A stretch of DNA of 64,000 nucleotides from Macrostomum lignano (GCA_002269645.1 NIVC01002777.1:1-64000), one strand, 5' to 3'. Numbered from the stretch's first letter, positions 26,300 to 39,651 are shown. Numbers and translations: made by a program. The notes: generated by a model not told the origin, from the sequence alone.

Positions 26300-26662
26300 A
26301 GACTGACAGAGGGGAAACTGCGCTTAAGTCAGCTGTGAGAATCTTAATTTGAAGGATTGATTTGAATCTTTTTTTGAGAACCGATTCCCGCGGCCGCTTA
26401 AATGGAGGGAACGCCAAAGTTTGAAAGTGACGGACTCTCCTCTCTCCACCTCTCCCTCCCGCCATTGGCGGGCGCATTTCTGTCCAATAAGAACTGCGAC
26501 CCATCGGCTCCCAAAATTCCTAAAGCCCACCCTTTTTGGCCCCCTTTTTTCCCGCACCGAAAGGAAACTTGCCAGCCAATTATTTGGAAGGCCAGCCCCC
26601 CGAAAGAGAGAGAGGAGAAGAGAAATATATTAGCCAAATGTGGCGGCCAAGTCGGAAGCCTT

Positions 26663-26774
26663 TGATTTATGACGGGGGCCCCCACCTCAGCCCGCAACCT
26701 CTGGGGCGGCGCCAGGCGATTGTAGGCGTTTTTGAAAAAAAGCTAGCTGGGCGCGGACTATCAAACTGATTTAC
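26663..26774. promoter_or_regulatory. Two Exd/Pbx-Hox composite consensus sites upstream of the Hox1 start codon
   Basis: TGATTTATGA at 26663 and TGATTTACGA at 26767, 360-470 bp upstream of the ATG. Motif match only. Confidence 0.3.
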
Positions 26775-27300
26775 GACTGGCTAGCGGCCTCCAAGTCAAG
26801 CCAAGCCAGGAATATAAATACACATTTTTACCAATGCTGCATTGAGAATGTTATATTAAATCAAATTGTAATTCATTTAGCTGTCGGCGGCTCCCCCAGC
26901 CCGATGTGCGCCGTCTCTCTAAGCTTTTTCAATCTCTTTAATGCTATCATTGCGAGCATTTTGAGCTGCACAAAAGCTTGTATACACGCAGTCTGACAGT
27001 CAGCGATATTTTAACTTGGCTATTGAAACACAGCAAGCGGGAGTTGGTCGGTGGGTTTGGGTCGGCCAGCGGCTGCTGCCAAGCTTTAGCTGGGGTAGTC
27101 ATAAATCTCTGCCGACTGCCGCTTTTTTGTTCGCTTCCTCTGCCGCCGTGGTGCGAACAGCAAGGGCCACGGATACCCGGCCTTCAGGCCTTGCGGGGCT
27201 GTGCGAGTGCTGCATGGCCTGTGCGTTGCATTTAAAGAAAGTGTTGTGCATGCTCTAACTAACCTTTGCTCCATTTACAATATTTTATTGGTTCTTATCA

Positions 27301-27750
<450 letters not shown>

Positions 27751-28140
27751 AGCGAAGAGAGGAAAGCGGGAAAGGCAGGGTGAGGTGACGGTTGACAGTT
27801 TTCCGAAGATCAGAGAGTCCCGCCGCCCTGCAGCAGCACCGCTGTCATCCGCCCTTCCACCCCCATCATGTTAGCCCCTCTCCCAGCTTCCTCTATTGTT
27901 GTGTCCAGCCGCAGCCCCCAGCGGCAGGCTTCCGTCTCTCCCACAGCTGTCTGAACAGGCCCCATATGGGGGGGGGGTAGCCCAGCTAATTCAGCATCAA
28001 AAGTCAGAAGGCCAAATGGCGCCAAAAAAGTCTCTGTCAGGAGCGGAAACTCTGAAACTGTGCTCTGGGGAGGCTGCTGAGCGCTGATGGGGCTTCATCA
28101 GAAACCGATACTCCCACAGAGTCCCGGCGTCCGTGTCAAC

Positions 28141-28171
<31 letters not shown>

Positions 28172-28423
28172 GCCATTATTTGTTGATTGGCGCAGCAGCG
28201 GGGGGGGGAGGTTGGCGGCATCTATTGAAGTCAAAAAGTCAGTTATTGGCTTTTAGGGTGACTCCGTGAGTTGCACAATGCGGCGCGGGGCAATTCAATT
28301 GATATCTGAGACTGCCGAGTTGATTAAGTACAGATGCGGGAAGCATAGGGGGGTTGAGCTTCATTCGTTAAACCGCAAAATAACTCTGAGTAGAGTAAGT
28401 GGTGTGTAGGTTGAATTGAGAGG

Positions 28424-29725
28424 CGGATAGATGAGTGGATAGATGATCGACAGATAAGAGATAGATGAGCGGATAGATGATCGATAGATAAGGGATAGAT
28501 GAGCGGATAGATGAGGGATAGATGAGCGGCTAGATGAGCGGCTAGATGAGGGATAGATGAGCGGCTAGATGAGGGGATAGATGAGCGGCTAGATGAGCGG
28601 CTAGATGAGGGATAGATGAGCAGATAAATGGGCGGATGAGCAGATAGATGAGCGGGTAGATGAGGGATAGATGAGCGGATGAGCAAGTAGATGAGGGATA
28701 GATGAGCGGATGAGCGAGTAGATGAGCGGATAGATGAGGGGATAGATGAGCGGCTAGATGAGCGGCTAGATGAGGGATAGATGATCGATAGATGAGCGGC
28801 TAGATGAGGGATAGATGAGCAGATAAATGGGCGGATGAGCAGATAGATGAGCGGGTAGATGAGGGATAGATGAGCGGATGAGCAAGTAGATGAGGGATAG
28901 ATGAGCGGATGAGCGAGTAGATGAGGGATAGATGAGCGGATGAGCGAGTAGATGAGGGATAGATGAGCGGATGAGCGAGTAGATGAGGGATAGATGAGCG
29001 GATGAGCGAGTAGATGAGGGATAGATGAGCGGATGAGCGAGTAGATGAGGGATAGATGAGCGGATGAGCGAGTAGATGAGGGATAGATGAGCGGATGAGC
29101 GAGTAGATGATGGATAGATGAGCGGATGAGCGAGTAGATGAGGGATGGATGAGCGGATGAGCAAGTAGATGAGGGATAGATGAGCGGATGAGCAAGTAGA
29201 TGAGGGATAGATAAGCGGATGAGCAAGTAGATGAGGGATAGATGAGCGGATGAGCAAGTAGATGAGGGATAGATGAGCGGATGAGCAAGTAGATGAGGGA
29301 TAGATGAGCGGATGAGCGAGTAGATGAGGGATAGATGAGCGGATGAGCAAGTAGATGAGGGATAGATGAGCGGATGAGCAAGTAGATGAGGGATAGATGA
29401 GCGGATGAGCGAGTAGATGAGGGATAGATGAGCGGATGAGCGAGTAGATGAGGGATGGATGAGCGGATGAGCGAGTAGATGAGGGATAGATGAGCGGATG
29501 AGCGAGTAGATGAGGGATAGATGAGCGGATGAGCAAGTAGATGAGGGATAGATGAGCGGATGAGCGAGTAGATGAGGGATAGATGAGCGGATGAGCGAGT
29601 AGATGAGGGATAGATGAGCGGATGAGCGAGTAGATGAGGGATAGATGAGCGGATGAGCAAGTAGATGAGGGATGGATGAGCGGATGAGCAAGTAGATGAG
29701 GGATAGATGAGCGGATGAGCGGATA
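28424..29725. repeat. 31-bp minisatellite (GATAGATGAGCGGATGAGCGAGTAGATGAGG)n
   Basis: Read directly; degenerate at the left end. Confidence 0.95.
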
Positions 29726-30679
29726 GATCAGGATAGATGCGTTGATGTGGGTAATATTAAGAATGATCTGTTAGGCGAATATTTTAAATCTGTTTGTTGC
29801 AAATATCGCAGGAAGAAGCGATGACTTTCGGGATTTGAAGTTTAAAAAATAATGCCAAATTAATTGAAGAATGGCGTGCCCGGGAAGGATTGAAAACGGT
29901 AGCAGTCGTGCAGTCCCTGTCGGATCAGAGCAGCCGCCAATGCATGTACGAAGGGATGCCTCAGTGCTTGTATGAAATATGAAAGCAACGGATATCTGGC
30001 CAGACGATCTCAGCCTTATCACCTCTGATGTCTAATTGAGCCGGCCGTGCAGTTTGCTGATCCCCGCTAAATCCCAAATCCCATTCATACATGCGGATAG
30101 AAGGAGTCAGACGGGAAGCAGGGCAAAAAAAGTTGTTGCTTCAGTTAGAAATCTTTTACTGATAGTGAGGGGAATCGAAATAGAGGATTAAGCGATTGCT
30201 GCTTCTGCGTGTGCTGCTCTGGCCCGGTTTATCTGTCGCTAACTCTGACGCGTGAGACTCAAACGATGATCAATCTGCTGGGGCATCGGCAACCGGAGAT
30301 CAACATGCTGCTCGGCGCGGGAGCTGAGCTGTCACCGAACTGTGTCAGCATGCAGGTCTCTGCGCCCTGACACGCAAATGTTGATTGCTATGAAACCTTT
30401 TAAAAAAACGTTTTTTTAATGAAGAAACTGTTCGAACTCGGACTTGAATTTGTTTTTTTCTTTTGAACTGGAGCTCTCGATTTTGGTCACTAAAATGTTG
30501 AAAGCTCGTTTGAGATTCCAATAATTAGATAAATAATAACTCTGGTGTTGTCCGGGTTAACATCCGGTGTATGGAGGTCGTGCGCTTGCCATACTACCTG
30601 TCTGTTTAACAGTAGCGAGTACAGAGCTTTTTTTAGAAGTGGAGCTTAATTTTAGACCTATCAGAGCTGTTATAATAAA

Positions 30680-31550
30680 GCTGGGTGAATGGGAAAAGGG
30701 GTAGGGGTAAATGGGTGAAGGGGTGAATGAGTGAATGGGTGAATGGGTGAAGGGGTGAATGGGTGAATGAGTGAGTGGTTAAAAAAATGAAGGGTTAAGG
30801 GTGAAGGGGTGAAGGGTGAAGGGGTGAAGGGGTGAATGTGTGAAGCGGTGAAGGCGTGGAGGGGTGGAGGGAGGAGGGGATAAATAGGTGAGAGGGGAAG
30901 GTGTGAGACTGGGTGAAGGTGTGACTGGGTGAAGGTGTGACTGGGTGAAGGTGTGACTGGGTGAAGGTGTGACTGGGTGAAGGTGTGACTGGGTGAAGGT
31001 GTGACTGGGTGAAGGTGTGACTGGGTGAAGGTGTGACTGGGTGAAGGTGTGACTGGGTGAAGGTGTGACTGGGTGAAGGTGTGACTGGGTGAAGGTGTGA
31101 CTGGGTGAAGGTGTGACTGGGTGAAGGTGTGACTGGGTGAAGGTGTGACTGGGTGAAGGTGTGACTGGGTGAAGGTGTGACTGGGTGAAGGTGTGACTGG
31201 GTGAAGGTGTGACTGGGTGAAGGTGTGACTGGGTGAAGGTGTGACTGGGTGAAGGTGTGACTGGGTGAAGGTGTGACTGGGTGAAGGTGTGACTGGGTGA
31301 AGGTGTGACTGGGTGAAGGTGTGACTGGGTGAAGGTGTGACTGGGTGAAGGTGTGACTGGGTGAAGGTGTGACTGGGTGAAGGTGTGACTGGGTGAAGGT
31401 GTGACTGGGTGAAGGTGTGACTGAGTGAAGGTGTGACTGAGTGAAGGTGTGACTGAGTGAAGGTGTGACTGAGTGAAGGTGTGACTGAGTGAAGGTGTGA
31501 CTGAGTGAAGGTGTGACTGAGTGAAGGTGTGACTGAGTGAAGGTGTGACT
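30680..31550. repeat. 16-bp minisatellite (GTGACTGGGTGAAGGT)n with a G-rich degenerate left flank
   Basis: Homogeneous core from about 30900 to 31550. Confidence 0.95.
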
Positions 31551-32193
31551 GTCATCTGATTTGCTATGCGTTGGAACCTTTGGTTCAAAAACTTGCTAAA
31601 AACTCGCATAGTTTTTCTTTTAAGAGGTAAGAATTCCTACGAGCCGTATTTTTAAGGATGAATATAGCCATCCTTTATATGGTTAATATTTTCTGTGGCA
31701 ATTTCTTTCTACACTACTACTAGTAAGAGACTTCGCTAATTCTATTACTATTTTGAGAGTAATAAAGCAAGTGAAATCAAAGACAGTGGAGGCTGGTTCC
31801 GCTGCATTGTAAGACAATGGAAACCCCTCGAAAAGAGCCCTTTGTTAGGCGCTGATAGTGTAATTGTAAAAAATGAATCAGGCGATGCATTTGCTATTTA
31901 GCTGCTAGAAGGGGTTTTGCGTAGCATGATGAGTCAGGTGTGTGAGAGGCTGTGCGAGCGCAGAGCTGGTGTAAAGTCAGCTTCCTCACAAAAATGATTT
32001 CATCAACAAGAAGCGGGTTTTTATTGAATTCAGGAAATGGGGATTATGAGGGAAAATAAAAAAATGCACTAAATTATTTTTTGCCTATTTCATTGAGTTA
32101 GGAACGTAAAAATGAGACAAAAACACACAGAGGAATTTAAATCATTTCAGCATTCTGAGAGAAAAAGCAGAATTCAGTTTTTTTTCTGATATA

Positions 32194-33530
32194 GTCAGAG
32201 AGAGGAGAGTCAGAGAGAGGAGAGTCAGAGAGAGGAGAGTCAGAGAGAGGAGAGTCAGAGAAAGAGGAGAGTCAGAGAGAGGAGAGTCAGAGAGAGGAGA
32301 GTCAGAGAGAGGAGAGTCAGAGAGAGGAGAGTCAGAGAGAGGAGAGTCAGAGAGAGGAGAGTCAGAGAAAGAGGAGAGTCAGAGAGAGGAGAGTCAGAGA
32401 GAGGAGAGTCAGAGAGAGGAGAGTCAGAGAAAGAGGAGAGTCAGAGAGAGGAGAGTCAGAGAAAGAGGAGAGTCAGAGAGAGGAGAGTCAGAGAGAGGAG
32501 AGTCAGGGAAAAGGAGAGTTAGAGAGAGGAGAGTCAGGGAAAAGGAGAGTCAGAGAGAGGAGAGTCAGAGAGAGGAGAGTCAGAGAGAGGAGAGTCAGAG
32601 AGAGGAGAGTCGGAGAGAGGAGAGTCAGAGAGAGGAGAGTCAGAGAGAGGAGAGTCAGAGAGAGGAGAGTCGGAGAGAGGAGAGTCAGAGAAAGAGGAGA
32701 GTCAGAGAGAGGAGAGTCAGAGAAAGAGGAGAGTCAGAGAGAGGAGAGTCAGAGAGAGGAGAGTCAGGGAAAAGGAGAGTTAGAGAGAGGAGAGTCAGAG
32801 AGAGGAGAGTCAGAGAGAGGAGAGTCAGAGAGAGGAGAGTCAGAGAGAGGAGAGTCAGAGAGAGGTGAGTCAGAGAGAGGAGAGTCAGAGAGAGGAGAGT
32901 CAGAGAGAGGAGAGTCAGAGAGAGGAGAGTCAGAGAGAGGAGAGTCAGAGAGAGGAGAGTCAGAGAGAGGAGAGTCAGAGAAAGAGGAGAGTCAGAGAGA
33001 GGAGAGTCAGAGAGAGGAGAGTCAGAGAGAGGAGAGTCAGAGAGAGGAGAGTCAGAGAGAGGAGAGTCAGAGAGAGGAGAGTCAGAGAGAGGAGAGTCAG
33101 GGTAAAGGAGAGTTAGAGAGAGGAGAGTCAGGGAAAAGGAGAGTCAGGAAAAAGGAGAGTTAGAGAGAGGAGAGTCAGGGAAAAGGAGAGTCAGAGAGAG
33201 GAGAGTCAGAGAGAGGAGAGTCAGAGAGAGGAGAGTCAGAGAGAGGAGAGTCAGAGAGAGGAGAGTCAGAGAGAGGTGAGTCAGAGAGAGGAGAGTCAGA
33301 GAGAGGAGAGTCAGAGAAAGAGGAGAGTCAGAGAGAGGAGAGTCAGGGAGAGGAGAGTCAGAGAGAGGAGAGTCAGAGAGAGGAGAGTCAGGGAAAAGGA
33401 GAGTTAGAGAGAGGAGAGTCAGGGAAAAGGAGAGTCAGAGAGAGGAGAGTCAGAGAGAGGGAGAGACAGGGAGAGGGAGAGTCAGGGAAAAGGGGAGTAG
33501 GGAGAAGGAGAGTCAGGGAGAGGGAGAAAC
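32194..33530. repeat. 15-bp purine-rich minisatellite (AGAGAGAGGAGAGTC)n
   Basis: Read directly. Confidence 0.96.
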
Positions 33531-34554
33531 TGGAAGAGTGAGAGTCAGAGAGAAGGGGAAGCAGATAAGGAGAGTGAAGAGAGTGAGAAACAGGGGAGAG
33601 AAAGACGCCAGGAGCCTGTAGTAGGGATTAGCAGAGGAAGATGAAGAGAGGCAGAGTGAGAAGGCGAGCTGAGAGAGCTGGAGAAGGAAGACAATGGAGC
33701 AGCATGTGGAGAGCTTTATGAAATGAAAAGCTGTAGTGAATGAGGCTTGCAGCAGATTTGGAAAAGCAAGTTTAACACCATAAACTATAAACAAAGTGCG
33801 GTTGCGACAGTGAATGGGGTGCAATGTCACTAAGGTTTAGACTTTTGTTAGCTAATTAATCATTTTCGGATTTTTTTTGACAATAACCTGTCCACGAGCG
33901 AATGACAAATGCGAGCGACTTGAAAAGGTCAGACGAGAGAGGAAGAGACCGATGATGGAGCCCGGAGGTTTTGCATTGAGCAGGCAGCTTGCGGGGCTGG
34001 CGTCAGCAACTATACCCTATCGTTTCCCTTCCTACTTGCAGGATCCCGCTTTCTGTTTGTAAAATGCCGGCATTTCCATGCAGTTTTAGCTGCATTGTAG
34101 CAGTCCCGCAGTCTCTATCAGGGACCTCTGGATGCACCTGGACGCGAACTCGCTCAGCTTTTGATTAAGTTGAATCGATTTTTGCGTTTTTTGACTCATG
34201 CCTAGGAATGATATAAAAATTTATGCAAGTTATTTAGAGTTTTTATAAATTTCGTCGCATCATCTTATAAAATTTAGTAGTGGCTACGTGCGTCCAGTCC
34301 AAATACATTTATTTCAAGGTCCCTGCTCTCCCTCAGTCTCTTGCTCTCTCTCTCTCATGATATTTCAGCGCAGCCGCACTGCTGCACCGTGGGAACCAAT
34401 GAAATTCGTCCTACAGCACAGGGGGCTGATAGAGAGGCCACACGCTCAGGGCTATATACATGGATTAAGCACAGTCCTAGCTAGACTACAGTTCAGTGGG
34501 TTTTTGGTTTTTCGTTAACTTTGAAGCCCGGTTGATGCTCTCAGCTCAATCGAG

Positions 34555-35832
34555 ATGAGCAGCCGGAGATATCCGTACGCTTCGTCCGTGTCCTCGGCGG
34601 AGTCCAGAGACTACAGGCGGCACAGGCGGCGGCAGGCCAAGCAGCAGAAGCAACTGGCTCTGCCAGACAGCCCTTGCCAGCTGCAGCACCAGCGCCAGCA
34701 CCAGACAGATGCCGCTCCTACTCACGAGGTTCACGTAAACTATGACGACCGGCTCTACCGGCTGACGGGACTTGAGCAGGCGGCCACGTGCCAGGATTTG
34801 ATCTTCGCCCTGCTGTGGTTCCGCAGCTTCCACAGCAGGCGGAAACGCCAGCAGACTCAAAGCCAGATGGAGCGCCAGGAAGCTGAGCTCATGGCCGAGG
34901 CCGTCAAGCACGAGCTGGTGATCGACTTTCCAGGCAGAGTGAAGCGGGTTCGCGGCCACCTGCCGGTGCTGCGACTCCTGACTCACCTTCGTCGGCGAGC
35001 GAACGGGCGGAGCTTCCAGCTGCGGGTTCGTCAGCGGCGATCGGTGGCGATGCTAGCCGCGGCTGCGGCCGCTTCCACAGCCGCTGAAGAGGAGGAGCGG
35101 TCGCTGGAGCTGCGCATTGTCGACTGGGGACCCGGCGACGAGCAGTGCGGACGGCATTGGCGCAATGAGCAGGCGGCGGCCGTGGCGGCGGCGGCGGTGA
35201 CTAGGGGAGGCGCATCGACCAGGAACAGCAGCACCAGAAACGGCGGTGACGGCTGCGGCGGCGAAGATAGCGGCGGAGGCGGCGGAGGGCTGGACCCAGC
35301 CGACAAGGCTCTGATGCTGGAGTGGATGCGAAAGCTGAACTTCCCGGTCGATCGCTTTGACGGCAACGCCGACGAAAGCGGGGGCCGCGACGGTGACGGC
35401 GGCGGGTGCAGCGGCGGCAGAGTGAAAAGCCTTCAGGTCAGCTTTCGGCATCAGACGCGTCGACGCGTGTTTAAAGCGTCAGCTTTGCCACCCGACGTCG
35501 AGGACGATGACGACGAAGACTACGTAGACGAAGACGACGTCGAAGATGACGATGCGGAATTCGGCAAAGAAGAATTCCAAGGCGAGCAGCGGCGTCAGGC
35601 GCAGAGCAGTTGCTACTGCCTGCCAAGCGTCGTGGTTGCCGGCCGTCGAGACGACAGCAGCGACACCGGGGTCGACTGTCTGACGCCGTCAGATTTAACT
35701 GGTACCGCTGGTGCCGCCGCCAGCGAGCTGAACGCCGTGAAAAGTTTGCCCGACAGTGAGAATGCGTGCCGAACTCAGTGCATTATCGAATTGGATTGGC
35801 CGGATTTTGCCTACATCGCTACTCCCGTGTGA
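34555..35832 (+). CDS. RASSF10-like: N-terminal RASSF family (RASSF9/10-like) Ras-association domain protein, 425 aa, intronless
   Basis: EVHVNYDDRLYRLTGLEQAATCQDLIFALL aligns by eye with the RASSF7-10 RA start (xxVW...GLxxxTTCxDVxxxLL). A basic insertion is followed by ELVIDFPGRVKRV...VLRLL. The C-terminal DDSSDTG recalls the SDTG motif of RASSF9/10. Ends in a class I PDZ-binding tail (ATPV*). GC-rich. Confidence 0.72.
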   Translation: MSSRRYPYASSVSSAESRDYRRHRRRQAKQQKQLALPDSPCQLQHQRQHQTDAAPTHEVHVNYDDRLYRLTGLEQAATCQDLIFALLWFRSFHSRRKRQQTQSQMERQEAELMAEAVKHELVIDFPGRVKRVRGHLPVLRLLTHLRRRANGRSFQLRVRQRRSVAMLAAAAAASTAAEEEERSLELRIVDWGPGDEQCGRHWRNEQAAAVAAAAVTRGGASTRNSSTRNGGDGCGGEDSGGGGGGLDPADKALMLEWMRKLNFPVDRFDGNADESGGRDGDGGGCSGGRVKSLQVSFRHQTRRRVFKASALPPDVEDDDDEDYVDEDDVEDDDAEFGKEEFQGEQRRQAQSSCYCLPSVVVAGRRDDSSDTGVDCLTPSDLTGTAGAAASELNAVKSLPDSENACRTQCIIELDWPDFAYIATPV

Positions 35833-35984
35833 GGGCGTCGCATCACCGTCAACAGGCCCTTGTAATTATTGAATGGATTGTAAATCGCTCAGCTCTTTCT
35901 GTACTTGCCCTCTTGAATAGTTAAATTGCTAATTTCACTTTCTGCGCGGTATTTTGATGTTGCATCGGTTCGGCTTGAGGCTGC

Positions 35985-36757
35985 AGGCATAGAGTGGGAT
36001 TGAGTAGGGCATGGGGTAGAGTAGGCATAGAGTGGGGTTGAGTAGGGCATGGAGTAGAGTAGGCATGGAGTAGAGTAGACATAGAGTGGGTTAGAGTAGG
36101 GCATGGAGTAGAGTAGACAGAGAGTTTAATAGAGTAGACATAGAGTGGAGTGACTAGACAGAGTGGAGTAGAGTAGACAGTGGAGTAGAGTAGATATATA
36201 GTGGAGTAGAGTAGACAGAGTGGTGTATAGTAGACAGAGTGGAGTAGAGTAGACAGAGTGGTGTATAGTAGACAGAGTGGTGTATAGTAGACAGAGTGGT
36301 GTATAGTAGAAATATAGTGGAGTAGAGTAGACAGAGTGGTGTATAGTAGACAGAGTGGTGTAAAGTAGACAGAGTGGTGTATAGAAGACAGAGTGGTGTA
36401 TAGTAGACAGAGTGGAGTAAAGTAGACAGAGTGGTGTATAGAAGACAGAGTGGTGTATAGTAGACAGAGTGGTGTAAAGTAGACAGAGTGGTGTATAGAA
36501 GACAGAGTGGTGTATAGTAGACAGAGTGGTGTAAAGTAGACAGAGTGGTGTATAGAAGACAGAGTGGTGTATAGTAGACAGAGTGGAGTAAAGTAGACAG
36601 AGTGGAGTAGAGTAACAGAGTGGAGTAGAGTAGACAGAGTGGAGTAAAGTAGACAGAGTGGAGTAGAGTAACAGAGTGGTGTATAGTAGACAGAGTGGAG
36701 TAAAGTAGACAGAGTGGAGTAAAGTAGACAGAGTGGAGTAGAGTAACAGAGTGGAGT
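35985..36757. repeat. About 19-20-bp degenerate minisatellite (GTAGACAGAGTGGTGTATA)n
   Basis: Read directly. Confidence 0.9.
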
Positions 36758-38280
36758 TTGCGTCAATTAGGATGATGTAGATTGTGGATATAAGAAGCTG
36801 GAACATAGATGTGGCTCAAGGCAGCACAATTATCTGAGCCGTACCTTCAAACCGAAGCATTGAGCCTCATTAAAAAAACAATCAGCTTTCATCACCGCCT
36901 CATCCGTGATTTGTTTTCCATTTCTATTAGAAATAAGCCGCTACCTCCCTTTTCAGTCACTTTTCCTTCGACTTATTGTCCCAATAAGTGTAAAAAAACC
37001 CAATAAATATTCTCTGTATTGAATAATCAGTCTATTAATAACTATTAAAAATCTTTCCGAGTGAAACAGAAAACGGATTTATTCGAGTTTATTTGTCTCC
37101 AGATTCGGGATTCGTCTGATCGATAATGCATTGTCAATGAGTCAGAATGCTGCAGAGAGATATAGGTATAGGGGAGAGAGATGAGACGGTGACACAAAAA
37201 CCATTTATTTTAGAGTATTCATTTTCAATATCCCATAGGTGATCAATCAGGCTCAATAGGGATTTGGCGATAAAGAATGAGCGAGTGCGGGGAGAAGGCA
37301 GAGCTTGAGCTGGGAAACTGACATCATTGATACAAAGAGAAGTCTGCACATGGCGGCTGCTCTCTACCAAAGAGGTCCGGAGTCAGAACTTGGAGTTGAC
37401 GACTCTTCGCCAACACCTCAGCAACTCCAGCTTCTGCTTGTGGGCCTCCTTGGCCCAGGTGTCCAGGTGAGTTAGAGCTCAAGCCCATATAATCTGTTTC
37501 CTTGCTTTGACCGATGACCGGTCATAAGTCAACCTGAGGAGAGTTGGGGAGAAGGAAACGGTTTCGCGTGAGGGAGAGAACTGATAGGGAGGGAGAGACC
37601 GGATGCTTCGATCCTCCTCGCGGGCTCTCTGCCTCTCTGGTCGGCTGCTTTTTTGATCCTTGCTTGCATTTTTGTAGAGACGTCAGGCCTTATAAAATCG
37701 CGGCTTCGCGTAACCAATACTTAATGTTTAAGAAGGTTTCGTTCGCCAGGCTAAGCAGCCTGGTAGCCAAAATAGCTAATTGAATTTTGCGCAGTTACAA
37801 ATGCGTGAAAATATTTATAATTGTGCCTGGAGTCTCTAATTTGTTCCATATAGCTGAGAGAGTTCAGGTGAGAACTCTAACTGAAGGGAGGGTTAACTGA
37901 CTTTGGGTAATTCGTAAGTTATCAAGTATTTGAGTTAAACAGAAAATATCCGCAAAATATTTTCCTGAATCGATTAAGTGCGGCAAAGTATAGTAGTGAG
38001 ACAGTGGATTGCTAATCTATTCTCAATCATAGATGAATAGATTGGATTGCTAATCTAGTCTCAATCATAGAGGATCAGAGTGGAATGCTAATCTAGTCTC
38101 AATCATAGAGGATTAGAGTGGATTGCTAATCTAGTCTCAATCATAGAGGATTAGAGTGGATTGCTAATCTAGTCTCAATCATAGAAGAATAGAGTGGATT
38201 GCTAATCTAGTCTCAATCATAGATGAATAGAGTGGATTGCTAATCTATTCTCAATCATAGAGGAATAGAGTGGATTGCTA

Positions 38281-39651
38281 GACCTGTCTAGAGGCTCTCA
38301 GGAGAGCGCAAGGGCGCGCTTGTCGCACGATCATGAGCGCCCCTCCGTCTGCTCCTTACGATGGCCTCAACGCCTTCCTCAACATTCCTCCGCTGGACAT
38401 CTTTGTCCGCAGGGAAGCGGCTAAGACTGCCCGCCGTCTAGCTGACGCTGGCATTCAAATCCAGCCCCATAGGGCCATGGCTAAGCGCAAGCTTCTGCCC
38501 CACGCTGACCTCTGCCTCAAGGACTTGAGAGACAGCGGCGGGCTCCACGTCCTATCTGACGGCGAACCCCGCACTCTCAACCTCTTTCAGCGCTACAAGG
38601 TCACCATCCCCTCTAGGGATGCTGCCAATGACCACTGGAATTTCCAGGAGGTCCATTGCTACACGGACGGATCCATCAAAGACGGTCGCGCCGGCTTTGG
38701 GGTCTGCATCATCATCAACGGCCGCGTCATTGCCACGCATGCCCAGCACACTGGTAGACTCTCCACAGTCTTCCAGAACGAAGTCCTTGCCATCAGCTCT
38801 TGCGCTGCAGAGCTGAACGCCAAGGTTACGAGAGGAAAGACTATTGTCATCCACTCTGACAGCCAAGCGGCCTTACAGGCCCTTTGCCACACCACAACGA
38901 ACTCCCGGATAGTCGCCGACTGCGCCCGGCAGCTCAACCTCCTGGCCAGAAGCAATACTGTCAGGCTGAAGTGGATCCCAGGGCACGCAGGGTTTCCGGG
39001 GAACGAGCTGGCAGACACCCTCGCCAAGAGGGGCGGCTCTGGCTCTTTCTTCGGCCCTGCCCCCCTGGTCCCTATGCCCTTGACAGTCATCAATCGTCAG
39101 ATCGACGACTGGGCTGACTCCCTCCACAGGGACAGATGGGCGGGCACCCAAAACTGCCGGCAATCTCGTGCCGCGGTTCCTTGCCCGTCTCACAGGCTCA
39201 GAAACATCCTTCTGAACCAGAATCGGAAGGATATTCGAGCCCTTGTCATGACCCTTACCGGCCATGGCTACCTCGCCAGGCACTGCTTCCTCCGAGGCGA
39301 CCTCGAGAGCGAAATTTGCCCCTTTTGCGAGTGCGACAATGAAGATGCTCAGCACTTTGTCTGTCACTGCCCTTTCTTTAACAGAGACCGGCTACGCTAT
39401 CTCGGGCCGAACCCGTCCATTGACGAGGTCTGCCAGCCCGACAGCATCCCACGGCTCATCCAGTTCCTTCGGGCGACTAGACGAGCCAGTTTCTTCCCAA
39501 CGGAAGATCACGCTGCAGGACGGACCGGCGGACCACCCTGACCGGCCCCACGCCTCTGCCTGTCTGCGGGCCTTCAGGGGCTAGCGGAATGGGCGACCCT
39601 CGCCTCCCCGCTGTGTCTACGGACCACCCTGCAGCTAAGTCAAGTAAGTCA
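38281..39651 (+). mobile_element. 5'-truncated non-LTR retrotransposon with RNase H (LOA/R1/I-group-like)
   Basis: 14-bp TSD AGAGTGGATTGCTA at 38267-38280 and 39652-39665. Short 3' UTR with a stem-loop and a TAAGTCAAG-type tandem tail. The ORF is open from the truncation point. Confidence 0.92.
38282..39541 (+). CDS. C-terminal part of LINE ORF2: connection domain, RNase H and CCHC zinc knuckle (5'-partial)
   Basis: RNase H catalytic motifs YTDGS, QNEV, HSDSQAA, WIPGH and GNELAD. Knuckle CPFCECDNEDAQHFVCHC. No stop codons from 38282; the ATG at 38333 is internal. Confidence 0.92.
   Translation, partial: TCLEALRRAQGRACRTIMSAPPSAPYDGLNAFLNIPPLDIFVRREAAKTARRLADAGIQIQPHRAMAKRKLLPHADLCLKDLRDSGGLHVLSDGEPRTLNLFQRYKVTIPSRDAANDHWNFQEVHCYTDGSIKDGRAGFGVCIIINGRVIATHAQHTGRLSTVFQNEVLAISSCAAELNAKVTRGKTIVIHSDSQAALQALCHTTTNSRIVADCARQLNLLARSNTVRLKWIPGHAGFPGNELADTLAKRGGSGSFFGPAPLVPMPLTVINRQIDDWADSLHRDRWAGTQNCRQSRAAVPCPSHRLRNILLNQNRKDIRALVMTLTGHGYLARHCFLRGDLESEICPFCECDNEDAQHFVCHCPFFNRDRLRYLGPNPSIDEVCQPDSIPRLIQFLRATRRASFFPTEDHAAGRTGGPP

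Noticed and set aside
37300-37530. Coding-looking segment (minus strand LDTWAKEAHKQKLELLRCWRRVVNSKF*; plus-strand CAG|GTGAGT donor)
   Set aside because: In-frame TGA just upstream, no recognisable homology and no partner exon found.
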